From positions 111,354,001-111,418,000 of the forward strand of contig CM059432.1 in NCBI GenBank assembly GCA_030390025.1: a stretch of 64,000 bases of DNA. The letters are read 5' to 3'. The number at the start of each line of letters is the position of its first letter. The first letter of the stretch is position 1. Of this stretch, positions 11,695-24,743 are shown in pieces. A program made the position numbers and the translations under genes. This DNA is from Squalus acanthias (Eukaryota). The notes beneath the pieces are model-generated. The model was not told the DNA's origin, searched no databases, and was given only the letters and a program-made list of their open reading frames with translations.

Positions 11695-14600
11695 TAGAAT
11701 AGAATCATAGAATCTTACAGCACAGAAGGGGGCCATTCGGCCCATCATGCCTGTGCCAGCTCTTTGAAAGAGCTGTCCAGTTTAGTCCCACACCCCAGCT
11801 TTCCCCCCATAACCCTGCAAATTAGTCCTCTTCAAATACATGTCCAATTGCCTTTTGAAAGTTCTTTTGGAATCTGATTCCACCACCCTTTCAGGTAGAT
11901 CCAGTAACTAATAATCCTGTGTGTGAAAAAAATTCTCATTTCCCCTCTAGTTCTTTTGCCAATTATTTTAAATCTATGGTTTACCAAACCACTTACCAGA
12001 GGAAATAGTTTTTCCCTACTTGCTGTATCAAAACCTTTCATGATTTTGTATACCTCTATTGGGTCTCCCCTTGACCTTCTCTGTTCTAATGAGAACATTC
12101 CCAGCTTCTCCACTCTCTCCACATAACTGAACTCCCTCATCCCTGGTATCATCCTGGTAAATCTCCTCTGCACCCTCTCCAAGGCCTTGACATTCTTCCT
12201 AAAGTGTGGTGCCCAGAATTGGACACAATACTCCAGCTGAGGCCTAACCAGTGATTTGTAAAGGTGTAGCATAACTTCCTTGTTATTGTATTCAATGCAC
12301 CTATTTACAAAGCCAAGTATTCCATTTGCATTCTTAACTGCCTCATTAACTTGCCCCCTTCAAAGATTTGTGAATATGCAGCCCCAGGTCCCTCTGCTCT
12401 TGAGCCCCCCTCAAAATAGCACCATTTAGATTATACTGCCTCTCCATGTTGTTTCTCCCAAAGTGCATCACTTCACACTTATCTGTATTAAATTACATCT
12501 GCCATAAGTCTGTCTCTGTCCTCCTGAATTCCCTGCTCACTATTTACTACGTTGGCAAGTTTTGTATCATCTGCAAACTTGGAAATTGTCCTCCCTATAC
12601 CCAAGTCCGGGTCATTTATATATAACAAGAAAAGCAATGGTCCTATAATAAACCAGGATATTTTCCAGTTGTGTCCTGCAGGGATCTGTGTTGGGGCCTC
12701 AACTGTTCACCGTATTATTAACGACTTAGATGATGGGACAGAAAGCCACTTATCCAAGTTTGCCGATGACACAAAGATAGGCGGCATTGTAAACAGTGTA
12801 GATGGAAGCATAAAATTACAAAGGGATATTGATAGATTAAGTGAATGGGCAAAAACTGTGGCAAATGGATTTCAATATAGGCAATTGTGAGGTCATCCAC
12901 TTTGAACCGAAAAAGGATAGAACAGGGTACTTTACAAATGGTGAAAAGCTAGAAACAGTGGCGGTCCAAAAGAGACTTGGGGATCCATCTAAATAGATCA
13001 TTAAAATGTCATGGACAGGTACAGAAAATAATCAAAAAGGCTAATGGAATGCTGGCCTTTATATCTGGAGGTCTAGAATACAAGGGGATAGAAGTTATGC
13101 TGCAGCTGTACAAAGCCCTAGTTAGACCACACCTGGAGTACTGTGAGCAGTTCTGGGCACCACACCTTAGGAAGGATGTATTGGCCTTGGTAGGTTTACC
13201 AGAATGATAGCCGGACTCCAAGGGTTAAATTACAAGGAGAGATTACACAACCTCGGGTTGTATTCTCTGGAATTTAGACAGTGAAGGGGTGATTTGATCA
13301 AAGCTTTCAAGATATTAAGTGGAACTGAAAGGGTAGACAGAGAGAAACTATTCCGCTGGTTGGGGAGTCTAGTACTAGGGGGCATGGTCTAAAAATTAGA
13401 GCCAGACCTTTCAGGAGTGGTGTTAGAAACACTTCTACACACAAAGGGTGTTGGAGATTTAGAACTCTCTTCCCCAAATGGCAATTAATGTCAATTGTTA
13501 ATGTTAAATCTGAGATGATAGATTTTTGTTAACCAAAGGTATTAAAAGATATGGGCAAAGGCAGGTATATGGAGTTAGGTCACACTGAATGGCGGAACAG
13601 ACTCCAGAGGCTAAATGGCCTACTCCTGTTCCGATGCCCAAATACCGACCCCTACGGGACCCCACTGCATACTTCTCTCCAGTCAGAAAGACATCCGTTC
13701 ACCACTTCTCTCTGCCTCCTATCCCTTACCCAATTACGTACCCAAATTACCACCATCCCTTTAATCCCATGTGCTTCTATTTTCTGATTAAGTCTGTTAT
13801 GTGGTACTTTATCAAATACCTTTTGAAAGTCTGTAAATACACAACATCTACTGCACTATCTTCATCAACCCTCTCTATTACTTCATCAAAGAACTCCATC
13901 TGGTTAGTCAGACATAATTCGGCTTTAAAAATCCTTGCTGCCTATCCCTTATTAGCCCATGCTTTTCCAAGTGAGAATTAATTTTGTCCTTAACAATGGT
14001 CTCTTGTAGTTTTCCCACTACCAATGTTAGACTCATTGGCCTGCAATTTGAGAGTAGGGGTGTAACATCTGGCACCACTCCCACATCCAAGGAGGATTGA
14101 AAGATTGTGGTCTGAGCTTCTGCTATCTCCATCCTCGCTTCCCTCAGCAACCTAGGATGCATCCCATCTGGACGGGGTGAATTGTTAACTTTGAGTGATG
14201 CCAACCTATTTCACACTCCCTTTCTATCTATTTTTATCATATCCAATATCTCGACTCCCTGTCACCTACTGCAACATTAACTTTATCCTCTACTTTTGTG
14301 AAGACAGATGCAAAGTATTTATTTAGTACCCCAGTCATGCCCCCTACCTGCACAAAAAAGATTTCCTTTTTTGCCCCTAATCGGTTGCACCATTCCTTTA
14401 AATTTTTATATGTTTATTAGATATTTGGTTTCCCTTTTATGTTACACACAAATCTTTCTCATACTCACTCTTTGCCCTTTTTAGATCCTTTTTCAATTTC
14501 CCCCTGCACTCTCTGTATTCTGCCTGCATTTTGACTATATTCTCTACTTGACATTGTCATAAACTTCCTTCTTCTGTTTTCCTTTAACCTCTATTTCCTT

Positions 14601-15015
14601 TGTCATCCAGGGAGCTCTAGCTTTGGATGCCCCATCTTTCCTCCTCCTGGGCATGTGCTTGGCTTGTACCCGAAGTTCCAATGCCTTGCAGGCTTGCCAT
14701 TGCTCAGTCACTGTTTCCCTGGCCAGTCTTTGTTCAGTCCTATTCCAGTTGGGCATTTTCAGCTTTGATTTTTATTTGGCCCTTTCCATAACTGCTCTAA
14801 ACTTAATTATACTATCATTAATATACAGATGTTCTCCCACTGCAGCACACTCCATTTGCCCCACTTCATTCCCTAGAATTAGATCCAGCACTGCTTCCTT
14901 CCTTGTTGGGATAGAGACTTACTGATTAAGGAATTCTTTTGTACACACTTTAGGAGTTCTTCACCCACCTTGCCCTTCACTCAGTTTTCCCCCAGTCTAT
15001 AAGTGTAATTGAAGC
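11695..15015 (-). mobile_element. CR1 LINE (- strand) containing a nested + strand CR1 fragment at ~12675-13635
   Basis: RT and C-terminal motifs on both strands (RPQLEYCVQFWAPH on -, KFADDTKIGG and RPHLEYC on +). Confidence 0.9.
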
Positions 15016-15019
15016 ACCA

Positions 15020-16421
15020 GGTAGACCTGGTTGAATAGTACGAAATGGAAATCTTTATTGCATATTGTTCAGAATTACGAAATACATGTCATAAGCACAG
15101 ATTAATGACAGTACAAGCTTACATACATTTATTAAACTAGGTTTAGGGAAACGAGGAGCGCACGACACATCGAAAAAGGGGACACACATTATAATTATCC
15201 TTAATAAAACCCCCCTCCCCTATCAATGCCTGCTCTAATCTAGATCTGTAGGATCGAGAAACATGCTCACCACTCGTAATACCTCGGAGAATTCTAAAAT
15301 GGCGCTCGGCTGTTTTCGCTGCAACACCTGACCGTTCACGTGTTGACCAGGGGTCTCTGTACCCCACTTGTTTATTTGCTCTGCTCCGGCTAGCAGGCTA
15401 AATCGTCTGCTGTTATGAAGATCTGTGTTGACCTCGGATTCCCGATCAAAACTTATATAGCTTAACAATGTTCATATATTTCGGGCGCGGTCGGGGTTTA
15501 CTGATCGCGGCGGCACGTGAATTCTTCTTCTTCTCTTCTCATCTCATCTCATCTCCTCGGGCCTTCGGGTCCAGACACCGTTTACCGACCTTCGGGATGG
15601 TGCACCCGATTTCGCAGCGCGCCACGAGGTCGACCCCAAAAGGGATCAGCGGAACAAGAGAGAATAACGGTCATCCGGGATAAGAGCTGAGAGTCGATTC
15701 CAAGCGAATGAAAGGATAAGAGTTCAGCCCGAGTCCATAGTCAGCAGAGATAAGAGTCAAGAGCCAAGAGAAATAAGAGCGATGGACGTTTGTTGTCTAT
15801 AGTTATAGTACTCGGTTCCCTTATCTCCCGCCCAATCTTAATGTTCATCTTTTGTAAAATCTTGGCGCTCAAACTTCTCAGTATGGGGTGATTCTTGTTT
15901 GTAATGGGTTTCGGTGACACTTGTAACTGGCCAAATACCCGTTAATGTTTCTCCCATTGTGGAACCGGCTGGGAGCTTCCCTGGCGGTGTTTTGGGGGCC
16001 TCCGAAATATTTGTGTAAGCACCCGCGAATGGCTCTCTCATTGTAGAGCTGCGGGGAATTTGCGTATTGATGTCTTTTGGATGGGCCTCTGATTGCCCAG
16101 TACAATAGTCCTCACTTGTACATGGAAAACGATTCCAGCACTTATATCTTTGCTATTGTGTCGAATGCAGACAGGTTGCATCCTGTCTTTACCAATGTTT
16201 GCAGAGTATTATCCAATCTTACTCTGAAATGTTTATTCGAACGCCATCTTGTCTGTCCACTGAAAATTCTGGAAGCTTCTGCCACGAGGCGCGGCGGCCA
16301 TTTTACAGGCTTCTTGTGTCCGTTTTGAAACATGACAGCATTTCGCTGAAATAAAACTACTTGAACGAAACTGTATCTCTCTCTCGTTATTTTTGAATCG
16401 CGATAATTTGCGAATTTTACA
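15020..16421 (-). mobile_element. Solo-LTR-like insertion, 1.4 kb, CpG-rich
   Basis: Interrupts the CR1 endonuclease region; - strand TGTAAA... start, YY1-like AAAATGGCCGCC and AAGATGGCG, ATTGG/GGGCGG box ~15830, TATA-like CTATAACTATAG ~15800, pyrimidine-rich start, AATAAA ~35 nt before the end; boundaries fuzzy. Confidence 0.6.
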
Positions 16422-18340
16422 CCATCTGCAGATTTGCTCCTCTATCTCCTTCTCACTATTCGGGGGTCTATAGTAAACACTCAGCAATGTAACAGCACCT
16501 TTTCTGTTCCTTAACTGTACAAATAGATTCAGTCTTTGAACCATCTAATATATCGTCCCTCTGTGGAACTGCAATATTATCCTTAATCAATACTGCCACC
16601 CCACTCTTGTCTTTTTTCCTTCTCTAATCTTCCTGAATATATCGTAGCCAGGAATGTTTAGTTCCCATTCCTGCCCATGTTTAAGCCAGGCACTCTGTTT
16701 CCCCTCTTCCCGGGCCCCTGTTTCCCCTCTTCCCGGGACCCCATGTGGCAACTTGCGCCTGTAGCTCATCAACCTTATTTGGAACACTCTTTGCATTAAC
16801 ACACATGCTTTCCAACACCATGCTAGTTGGCGTTGCTTTTTTCTCCATCTAATTCCTGCTCTTTCTACACTATTCTTTGATCTGTTGCTGTTTGTCCCTC
16901 CTAGTTTTCGATGCACCTTGTCTCTCCTCTCTGCTGCTGCATCCTAATGCCCTTCTCCAGCCAAATTAGTTTAAACCCGCCCCACAGCACGAGCTAACCT
17001 CCCCGTAATACACTGGTCTCAGCTCTGTTCAGGTGTAACCCGTCTGGATTGTACAGGTCCCTCCTTCCCCAGAACTGGCATCAATGCCCCAGAATAATCT
17101 TGCCATGTTAGCTAACAGTTATTTAACAATGTTTTTATTTACACTTCAAGGCTATTTAACTGTTTAGCCAACACTAAAACTCTAATCGCTAAATAAAAAA
17201 CATTAACCAAACTAAATACTTACACTAACCACCAAAACCTCTGAGCAATAAACAAAGTATTTATCTGTAACTTACCCGCGCCATTCCACACTCTGTGCTG
17301 ACTAGGACGTCACTTCGAGTTTTTCCAACTGTTTAAATCTGTTGCTCTGGGTCTCCCGATAGGCTCTGCTGCTGCTGGCTCTCGCGCGCTGTTTAAATCT
17401 GCCACTCTTAGTTCTCCCGATAGGCTCTGCTCCCTGTTCCCTTTCTAAGTTCCTCTCCAGTTGTCCGAGATATCCTTTACCCTTGCACCGGGTGGGCAAC
17501 ACACCCTCCTGGACTCTCGGTCGCGATTGCAGAGCTGCCATCTATCCCCCCAATTACCAAATCCCTTACTACTGCAACCTTTCTATTTTACTCCCCCCTT
17601 GGACTGCCTCCTGCTCCATGGTACCATGGTTAGCATTCTGACCATCCTCCCTGCAGCCTTCATCCTTATCCTTGAAGGTTGAAAGTACATCTAGGACCAA
17701 TGTTTGTGGGACCTCCTTCTTTACCTCTCCTAGCTTCCCCCTACCCTGCTGAGTGACAGTCACACACTCCCATTCCTGCAGCGGTGCTTTCCCGATGTTG
17801 GATTGTACTCTGGAGAAAACTACTAGATATTCATCTCCATCCATTAAGTGTTGGTGTGTCTCTAACTAGCACTCCTGCTCAGTGACTCAAGGTAGAGACA
17901 TTTCCTACAGATGTAGAAATCTGGGAGAGTCACGGTGTCCACAATTCCCACATACTGCAGTCCCAACACACTGCCTGTGCTGCCATTTCTATCCTTTATT
18001 TAATTATTTATTAGTTGGCAGTAATTTATTTCTAGAACTAATAGAATCACTTGAGGTCTAGATTTTATCTTGATTTCAAACTAATTACTCTGAATATTTA
18101 TTTATCTACTTATTTAACTATTTATTCAAAGTTGATAGATTGGTTGAATTAAAATTAAAGTGTGCATAATACATTAAACACTTAGCTTAAATTCCTCGGG
18201 CTCCACCGCTCCTCCCTCTGCGCTGACTATTATATTACTTTTTTAGATTTTTCATTGCGTTCACTTTACTGCCAGCTCTCGCTCTTGATTTCACTCTCTT
18301 TAATTTGCTCGGCTTCGCACTGCTCTGCTGCTCGAGATGT
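16422..18340 (-). mobile_element. CR1 5' portion (endonuclease start, ORF1 remnants, 5' UTR repeats)
   Basis: RNRKGAVTLLSVYYRPPNS and WELNIPGY motifs; ~60-bp duplicated unit CTGTTTAAATCTG...CCCGATAGGCTCTGCT at ~17330-17435. Confidence 0.8.
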
Positions 18341-19061
18341 TCATCCTCCTCGAAATGAAAATACTCAGAATTAAATTATTATAATCCAATGATTTTCATG
18401 AAGGCAAACTTAGCTCTCCTATGTTCATAATACTTTGACAATTATTAGATGGAAAATTAGCTGTCATGTACATGCCAAATTTGGTCTAATAAAAGGCAAA
18501 CTCTCTATTCAAGAAAGTTTTATTTTACAATTTTTCCCTTGCATTATGTAAAGTAACTAACATTTCAAGGTATTATTTTACCTATATTCATTATTTTTAT
18601 TCTGGTAATCTAAGGTCCAACAGTAAATGTAACCTGAACTGTATCCTGTGATGATGACTAAGTCCATAGTCAGGAGTGCTACAATATTTGGCATAGTTTT
18701 AATGGCTTCAAGGTGTAACCATAACCCAAGAGTTAGCCTTATGTTCTGCTCAAAAAATTGACTGGTTATAAAGAATTTATCAGCATGTTAGATCTGAAAA
18801 GTCAGTGGAACAGGCATATCTGGGCAAGCCTCAGTTTCTGGGTCAGGAATGGCCTGATCTGAAAACTCAACTGCCACATTTTGGGGATAGAGCAGGGAAA
18901 TATGATTACAGCAGGTAGCTTGGATATGGAACTAGCTCCGTTAAAGACCTGATGGACCAAATGGCTTCCTTATCTGCTGAAATTTCTATGATCCGATCTC
19001 TTTGCTAATCACTGATTAAAGTTTGTCACAGTCTGCAGCAGACTTTATATTTAAATTTTCA

Positions 19062-19185
19062 TTAAAAATAAGACTGAATAATGAATTTGTCAAGCAGTTT
19101 CTGTGGTACTGTGCACTGTGGATGTACATTTCCACCATAGAGAGATTCTTCCTGGATTGATCTTTCTGTGATACTTTGCCATTTT
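19062..19185 (-). CDS. Low-confidence candidate exon KWQSITERSIQEESLYGGNVHPQCTVPQKLLDKFIIQSYF*
   Basis: Strong polypyrimidine acceptor (TTTCTCTCTCCTGCCCCACCCTATACAG); phase 2 matches the 19336-19386 donor. Confidence 0.25.
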
Positions 19186-19335
19186 CTGTATAGGGTGGGG
19201 CAGGAGAGAGAAATAGTGTGAAGGTGAACAAAAGAAAGAGAGAGGGGGTAAAACTTTGGGAAATAGGCACCTCTCACTGGCTCTCCAAAACATTGTCCCA
19301 TGGAACATTAGGCTATGGAGCGAATGCTCACTTAC

Positions 19336-19386
19336 CCCCGTGACATTATCCAATGATCCTTATTTGCCATGCCCTCATTGATGTCA
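19336..19386 (-). CDS. Low-confidence candidate exon DINEGMANKDHWIMSR(G)
   Basis: TTTACCCTACAG acceptor; consensus GG|GTAAGT donor; 51 nt, symmetric phase 2. Confidence 0.3.
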
Positions 19387-20180
19387 CTGTAGGGTAAATT
19401 TTGCACGGCTGTGCTCTCGTTGCAGACTTTGCTCAACGTGAACTCAGAATGAAGAATTTGCCAGAGATCAAAGTCTTTTGACACATTAATGCATGTTATT
19501 CTTGTCATTTATGATTCTAGAAACACGTACAATGCTATTATCAAATAGATGTTCCTTCCTTATGAGGGCTTTGGACACTCTCATGTTTTCCACCGTTGAA
19601 GACTGCAATGGGGATATTTTAGACTTTTTTTGCCTGCAACAAAGAATATTCAAACACTTATCACGACAGCTGTTCATTTCACATTTAAGGACGGTGGTTA
19701 TATGCAGATCCTTTCTGCAAGACTGAGTGACAGAAACAAAATAAACTAAAAGGGATGACAAGGTGCTCAATACTATAAAATCAATGTCAATTATGGGCAC
19801 TCAGAAAGGATAATTCATATTTAATAATTGAATTCACATTAAATGTGAATGATCTGATTAATATGGTGCAAAGTTGCTCAGTGGAATATATATTAAAAGG
19901 ATATTGTCTTCATGAAAATCTTTTGTTAAATTTTATATTTCTCGGTCCTCGCTACAAACCTCCACACCATGAATGGACGGGGCATTCTGCCCATTTGATA
20001 CTCTAGTTAAGGAGCTGCGATATTCAGTCTCAATGAAGAAATTTAAGAAAGGAGGGAGAGAAAACAGGGAACTACAGACCAGTTAGCCTGACATCAGTAG
20101 TAGGGAAAATGCTAGAATCTATTATTAAGGACGTGGTAACAGGGCACTTAGAAAATAATAATAGGATTGGGCAGAGTCAA

Positions 20181-22820
20181 CACAGAAAGGCAGTTCGAGG
20201 GGGATCTGCCATCTGAGGTAATATGGGCTGAAGTTAGAAATAGGAAAGGAGCGGTCACGTTGTTAGGAGTTTTCTACAGGCCCCCAAATAGTAATAGAGA
20301 TGTGGAGGAAGAAATTGCAAAGCAGATTAGGAATAGGTGTGGAGGTCACAGAGTAGTTGTCATGGGTGACTTCAACTTTCCAAATATTGATTGGAACCTT
20401 TATAGGTCAAACAGTTCGGATGGGATAGTTTTTGCACAGTGTGTGCAGGAGGGTTTCCTGACACAATATGTGGATAGGCCGACAAGAGGTGGGGCCACAT
20501 TGGATTTGGTACTGGGTAATGAACCGGGCCAAGTGTTTGATTTGTATGTGGGAGAGCACTTTGGAGATAGTGACCACAATTCGGTGACTTTCACTATTGC
20601 AATGGAGAGGGATAGGGCCATACGGCAGGGCAGGGTTTATAATTGGGGGAGGGGTAATTATGATGCGATTAGGCAAGAATTAGGGAGCATAAGATGGGAA
20701 CAGAAACTATCAGGGAAAGGCACAAACGAAAAGTGGAGCTTTTTCATGGAGCAATTACTGCGTGTCCTTGATAGGTATGTCCCTGTCAGGCAGGAAGGAA
20801 ATGGCCGAGTGAGAGAACCATGGTTCACAAAAGAGGTTGAATGTCTAGTCAAGAGGAAAAAGGAAGCGTATGTAAGGATGAGAAAACAAGGTTCAGTTGG
20901 GTCGATTGAGGGGTACAACGTAGCAAGGAATGAGCTAAAAAAAGAGCTTAGGAGAGCTAGGAGGGGGCATGAGAAGTCCTTGGCGGGTCGGATCAAGGAA
21001 AACCCCAAGGCTTTTTACTCTTATGTGAGAAATAGAAGAATGACCAGGGTGAGGGTAGGGCCGGTCAAGGACAGTAGTGGGAACTTGTGCATGGAGTCAG
21101 AAGAGATAGGAGAGGTGATGAATGAATACTTTTCGTCAGTGTTCACCGAGGAGAGGGGCCATGTTTTTGAGGATGAGAGTGTGATAAAGGTGGATAGGCT
21201 GGAGGAGGTAGATGTTCTGAGGGAAGATGTTTTAGCAATTTTGAAGAACCTGAGGGTCGATAAGTCCTCTGGGCCAGATGGGATATATCCTAGGATTCTT
21301 TGGGAGGCAAGGGAGGAGATTGCAGAGCCTTTGGCTTTGATCTTTGGGTCCTCACTGTCCACGGGGATGGTGCCAGAGGACTGGAGAGTGGCGAATGTTG
21401 TTCCTCTCTTCAAGAAAGGAAATAGGAATGACCCTGGTAATTATAGGCCGGTTAGTCTTACTTCGGTGGTTGGTAAGATAATGGAAAAGGTCCTGAGGAA
21501 TGGGATTTATGACCATTTGGAAAGATGCAACTTAATCAGGGATAGTCAACACGGATTCGTGAAGGGTAAGTCTTGCCTAACAAATTTGATTGAATTCTTT
21601 GAGGAGGTAACTAAGTGTGCAGATGAAGGTAGACAGTTGATGTCGTATACATGGATTTTAGTAAGGCGTTTGATAAGGTTCCCCATGGTCGGCTCATGAA
21701 GAAAGTAAGGAGTTGTGGGATAGAGGGAAATTTGGACGATTGGATAAGTAACTGGCTATCTCATAGAAGGCAGAGGGTGGTGGTGGATGGAAAATTTTCG
21801 GACTGGAGACCAGTTACCAGCGGTGTGCCACAGGGGTCGGTGCTGGGTCCTCTGCTGTTTGTGATTTTTATCAATTACTTGCAGGAGGGGACTGAAGGGT
21901 GGATCAGTAAATTTGCTGATGACACCAAGATTGGTGGAGTAGTGGATGAGGTGGAGGGCTGTTGTAGGCTGCAAAGAGACATTGATAGGATGCAGAGCTG
22001 GGCCGAAAAATGGCAGATGGAATTTAACCCTGATAAGTGCGAGGTGATTCATTTTGGTAGGGCAAATTTGAATAAGGATTACAGGGTCAACGGCAGGGTT
22101 CTGAGGAACGTGGAGGAACAGAGGGATCTGGGGGTTCATATCCACAGATCTCTGAAGGTTGCCACTCAAGTGGATAGAGCAGTAAAGAAGGCCTATAGTG
22201 TGTTAGCGTTTATTAACAAGGGGTTTGAGTTTAAGAACCGTGAGGTTATGCTGCAACTGTACAGGACCTTGGTGAGACCACATTTGGAATATTGTGTGCA
22301 GTTCTGGTCACCTCACTATAGGAAGGACGTGGAAGCATTGGAAAGAGTGCAAAGGAGATTTACCAGGATGCTGCCTGGTTTGGGGGGAGGTCTTATGAGG
22401 AAAGATTGAGGGAGCTAGGGCTTTTCTCTTTAGAGCGGAGGAGGATGAGAGGCGACTTAATAGAGGTTTATAAGATGATGAGGGGGATAGATAGAGTGGA
22501 TGTTCAGAGACTATTTCCTCGGGTGGATGTAGCTGTTACAAGGGGGCATAACTATAAGGTGCATGGGGGGAGATATAGAAGGGATGTCCGAGGTAGATTC
22601 TTTACTCAGAGAGTGGTTGGGGTGTGGAATGGACTGCCTGCTGTGATAGTGGAGTCGGACACTTTAGGAACTTTCAAGCGGTTATTGGATAAGCACATGG
22701 AGCACACCAGAATGATAGGGAGTGGGATAGCTTGATCTTGGTTTCGGACAATGCTCGGCACAACATCGAGGGCCGAAGGGCCTGTACTGTGCTGTACTGT
22801 TCTATGTTCTATGTTCTATT
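20181..22820 (+). mobile_element. Young 5'-truncated CR1 LINE, ORF2 (APE endonuclease + RT) with two frameshifts
   Basis: ORFs 20167-21699, 21651-22409 and 22406-22735 tile EN (YRPP, GDFN, SDH) and RT ([12 protein letters not shown]); tail (TTCTATG)n. Confidence 0.97.
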
Positions 22821-22845
22821 TAGGAAAGGGAATAAAAACTTACTT

Positions 22846-24246
22846 CCAATTTCCACCCTTCCCTCACCTTCACATGGTCCATCTCCGACTCTTCCCTTCC
22901 CTTCCTCGACTTCTCTGTTTCCATCTCTGGGGATAGGCTATTGACAAACATTCACTATAAGCCCACTGACTCCCACAGCTACCTGGACTACACTTCCTCC
23001 CACCCCGCTTCCTGTAAGGACTCTATTCCATTCTCCCAGTTTCTCCGTCTCCGCTGCATCTGCTCTGACGATGCCACCTTCCATACCAGTGCTTCCGACA
23101 TGTCTTCCTTTTTCCTCAACCGAGGATTCCCCTCTACTGTGGTTGACACGGCCCTTGACTGTGACCGTTCTATTTCCCGCACTTCTGCTCTCACCCCTTC
23201 CCTCCCTCCCGGAACCACGATAGGGTTCCCCTTGTCCTCACCTTTCACCCCACCAGCCTCCACATTCAACGGATCATCCTCTGCCATCTCCAGCGTGATC
23301 CCACCACCAAACAAATCTTCCCCTCACCTCCCCTTTCAGCATTCCGAAGGGACCTGCTCCCTCCGCGACAGCCTGGTCCACTCCTCTATCACCTCCAACA
23401 CCACTTCCCTTCGCCCGGCACCTTCCCGTGCAAACACAGGAGATGCAACACATGCCCTTTTACCTCCTCCCTTCCCACTGTCCAGGGCCCCAAACACTCC
23501 TTCCAGGTGAAACAGCGATTTACTTGTACTTCTTGCAATTTAGTGTACTGTATTCGCTGCTCAGGATGCGGTCTCCTCTACATTGGGGAGACCAAACACA
23601 GATTGGGCGACCACTTTGCGGAACACCTCTGTTCAGTCCGTAAGGGTGACCCCGAGCTTCCGGTCGCCTGTCACTTTAATTCTCCGCTCCACTCCCACTC
23701 AGACCTCACCGTCCTCGGCCTCTTACACTGTTCCAATGAAGCTCAACGTAAGCTCGAGGAACAGCACCTCATCTTTCGATTAAGGAACTTTACAGCCTTC
23801 TGGACTCGACATAGAGTTCAACAATTTCAGACCATAACCTCGGCCCCATCTTTTTTCCCATTTTTTTTCTCTCTCTCACATGGCAGCTGTCTTTCATTCT
23901 GCCATCGCCATTTACACTTCATCTAGAGCCGTCTTTTGTTGCTTAACTTGTCCCATTACCATCTCCTTTTGCCTTGCACCATCATCCCTTTTGTCTCTTA
24001 ATCTCTCTTGTCTTCCATCCTATCACAGACCTTCCCTTTTGTTCTTTCCTCCCCTCCCCCCTTTCTCTGCCCCCACACTTGCTTAAAAACCTGTTCCATC
24101 TCCAGCTTTTTCCAGTTCTGATGAATCATCGACCTGAAACATTAACTCTGTTTCTCTCTCTACAGATGCTGCCTGACCTGCTGAGTGTTTCCAGCATTTT
24201 CTGTTTTTATTTCAGATTTCCAGCATCCGCAGTATTTTGCTTTTGT
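22846..24246 (+). mobile_element. Penelope-like element 3' part: RT C-terminus, GIY-YIG endonuclease and terminal repeat
   Basis: YKPTDSHSYLDYTSSHP..CKDSIPFSQFLRLR and FTCTSCNLVYCIRC..CGLLYIGETK..L..HFAEH motifs; hammerhead-like core at 24114-24147. Confidence 0.92.
24114..24147 (+). ncRNA. Degenerate minimal hammerhead ribozyme
   Basis: AGTT CTGATGA A-TCATCGACCT GAAAC ATT AACT; lacks AGG of stem II and has G>A in stem III relative to the 32048-32084 copy. Confidence 0.55.
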
Positions 24247-24423
24247 TTTATGAAAGGGAAATCATGTTTGACGAGTCTGTTAGAGTATTTTGTTGTTGTA
24301 ACTAGCAGAATAGATAAGGGGGAACAAGTAGATGTTGTTTATTTGGATTTTCAGAAGGCATTTAATCAGGTTCCACACAAGAGGTTATTACACAAAATTA
24401 GGGCTCATGGGATTGGGGGTAAT

Positions 24424-24743
24424 CACAGAATCACAGAATCCCCACAGTGCAGATAGAGGCCATTTCGGCCCATCGAGCCTGCACCGACACATATCCCACC
24501 CTATCCCCGTAACCCCACGTATTTAATCCCCCTAACACTAAGGGTCAATTTATCATAGCCAAATCAACCTAACCTGCACATCTTTGGACTGTGGGAGGAA
24601 ACCGGAGCACCCGGAGGAAACCCACGCAGACACGGGGAGAATGTGCAAACTCCACACAGACAGTCACCCGGAGCTGGATTCGAACCCTGGGTCCCTGGCG
24701 CTGTGAGGCAACAGTGCTAACCACTATGCCACCGTGTTACCCC
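24424..24743 (-). mobile_element. tRNA-derived V-domain SINE (HE1-like), short-tail form
   Basis: A/B boxes and V-domain; tail (ATTCTGTG)2; GTAAT duplicated at 24419-24423 and 24744-24748. Confidence 0.92.

Noticed and set aside
20167..22735. Intact autonomous retrotransposon or host reverse-transcriptase gene
   Set aside because: 5'-truncated within the endonuclease and broken by two frameshifts; every CR1 copy in the window is defective
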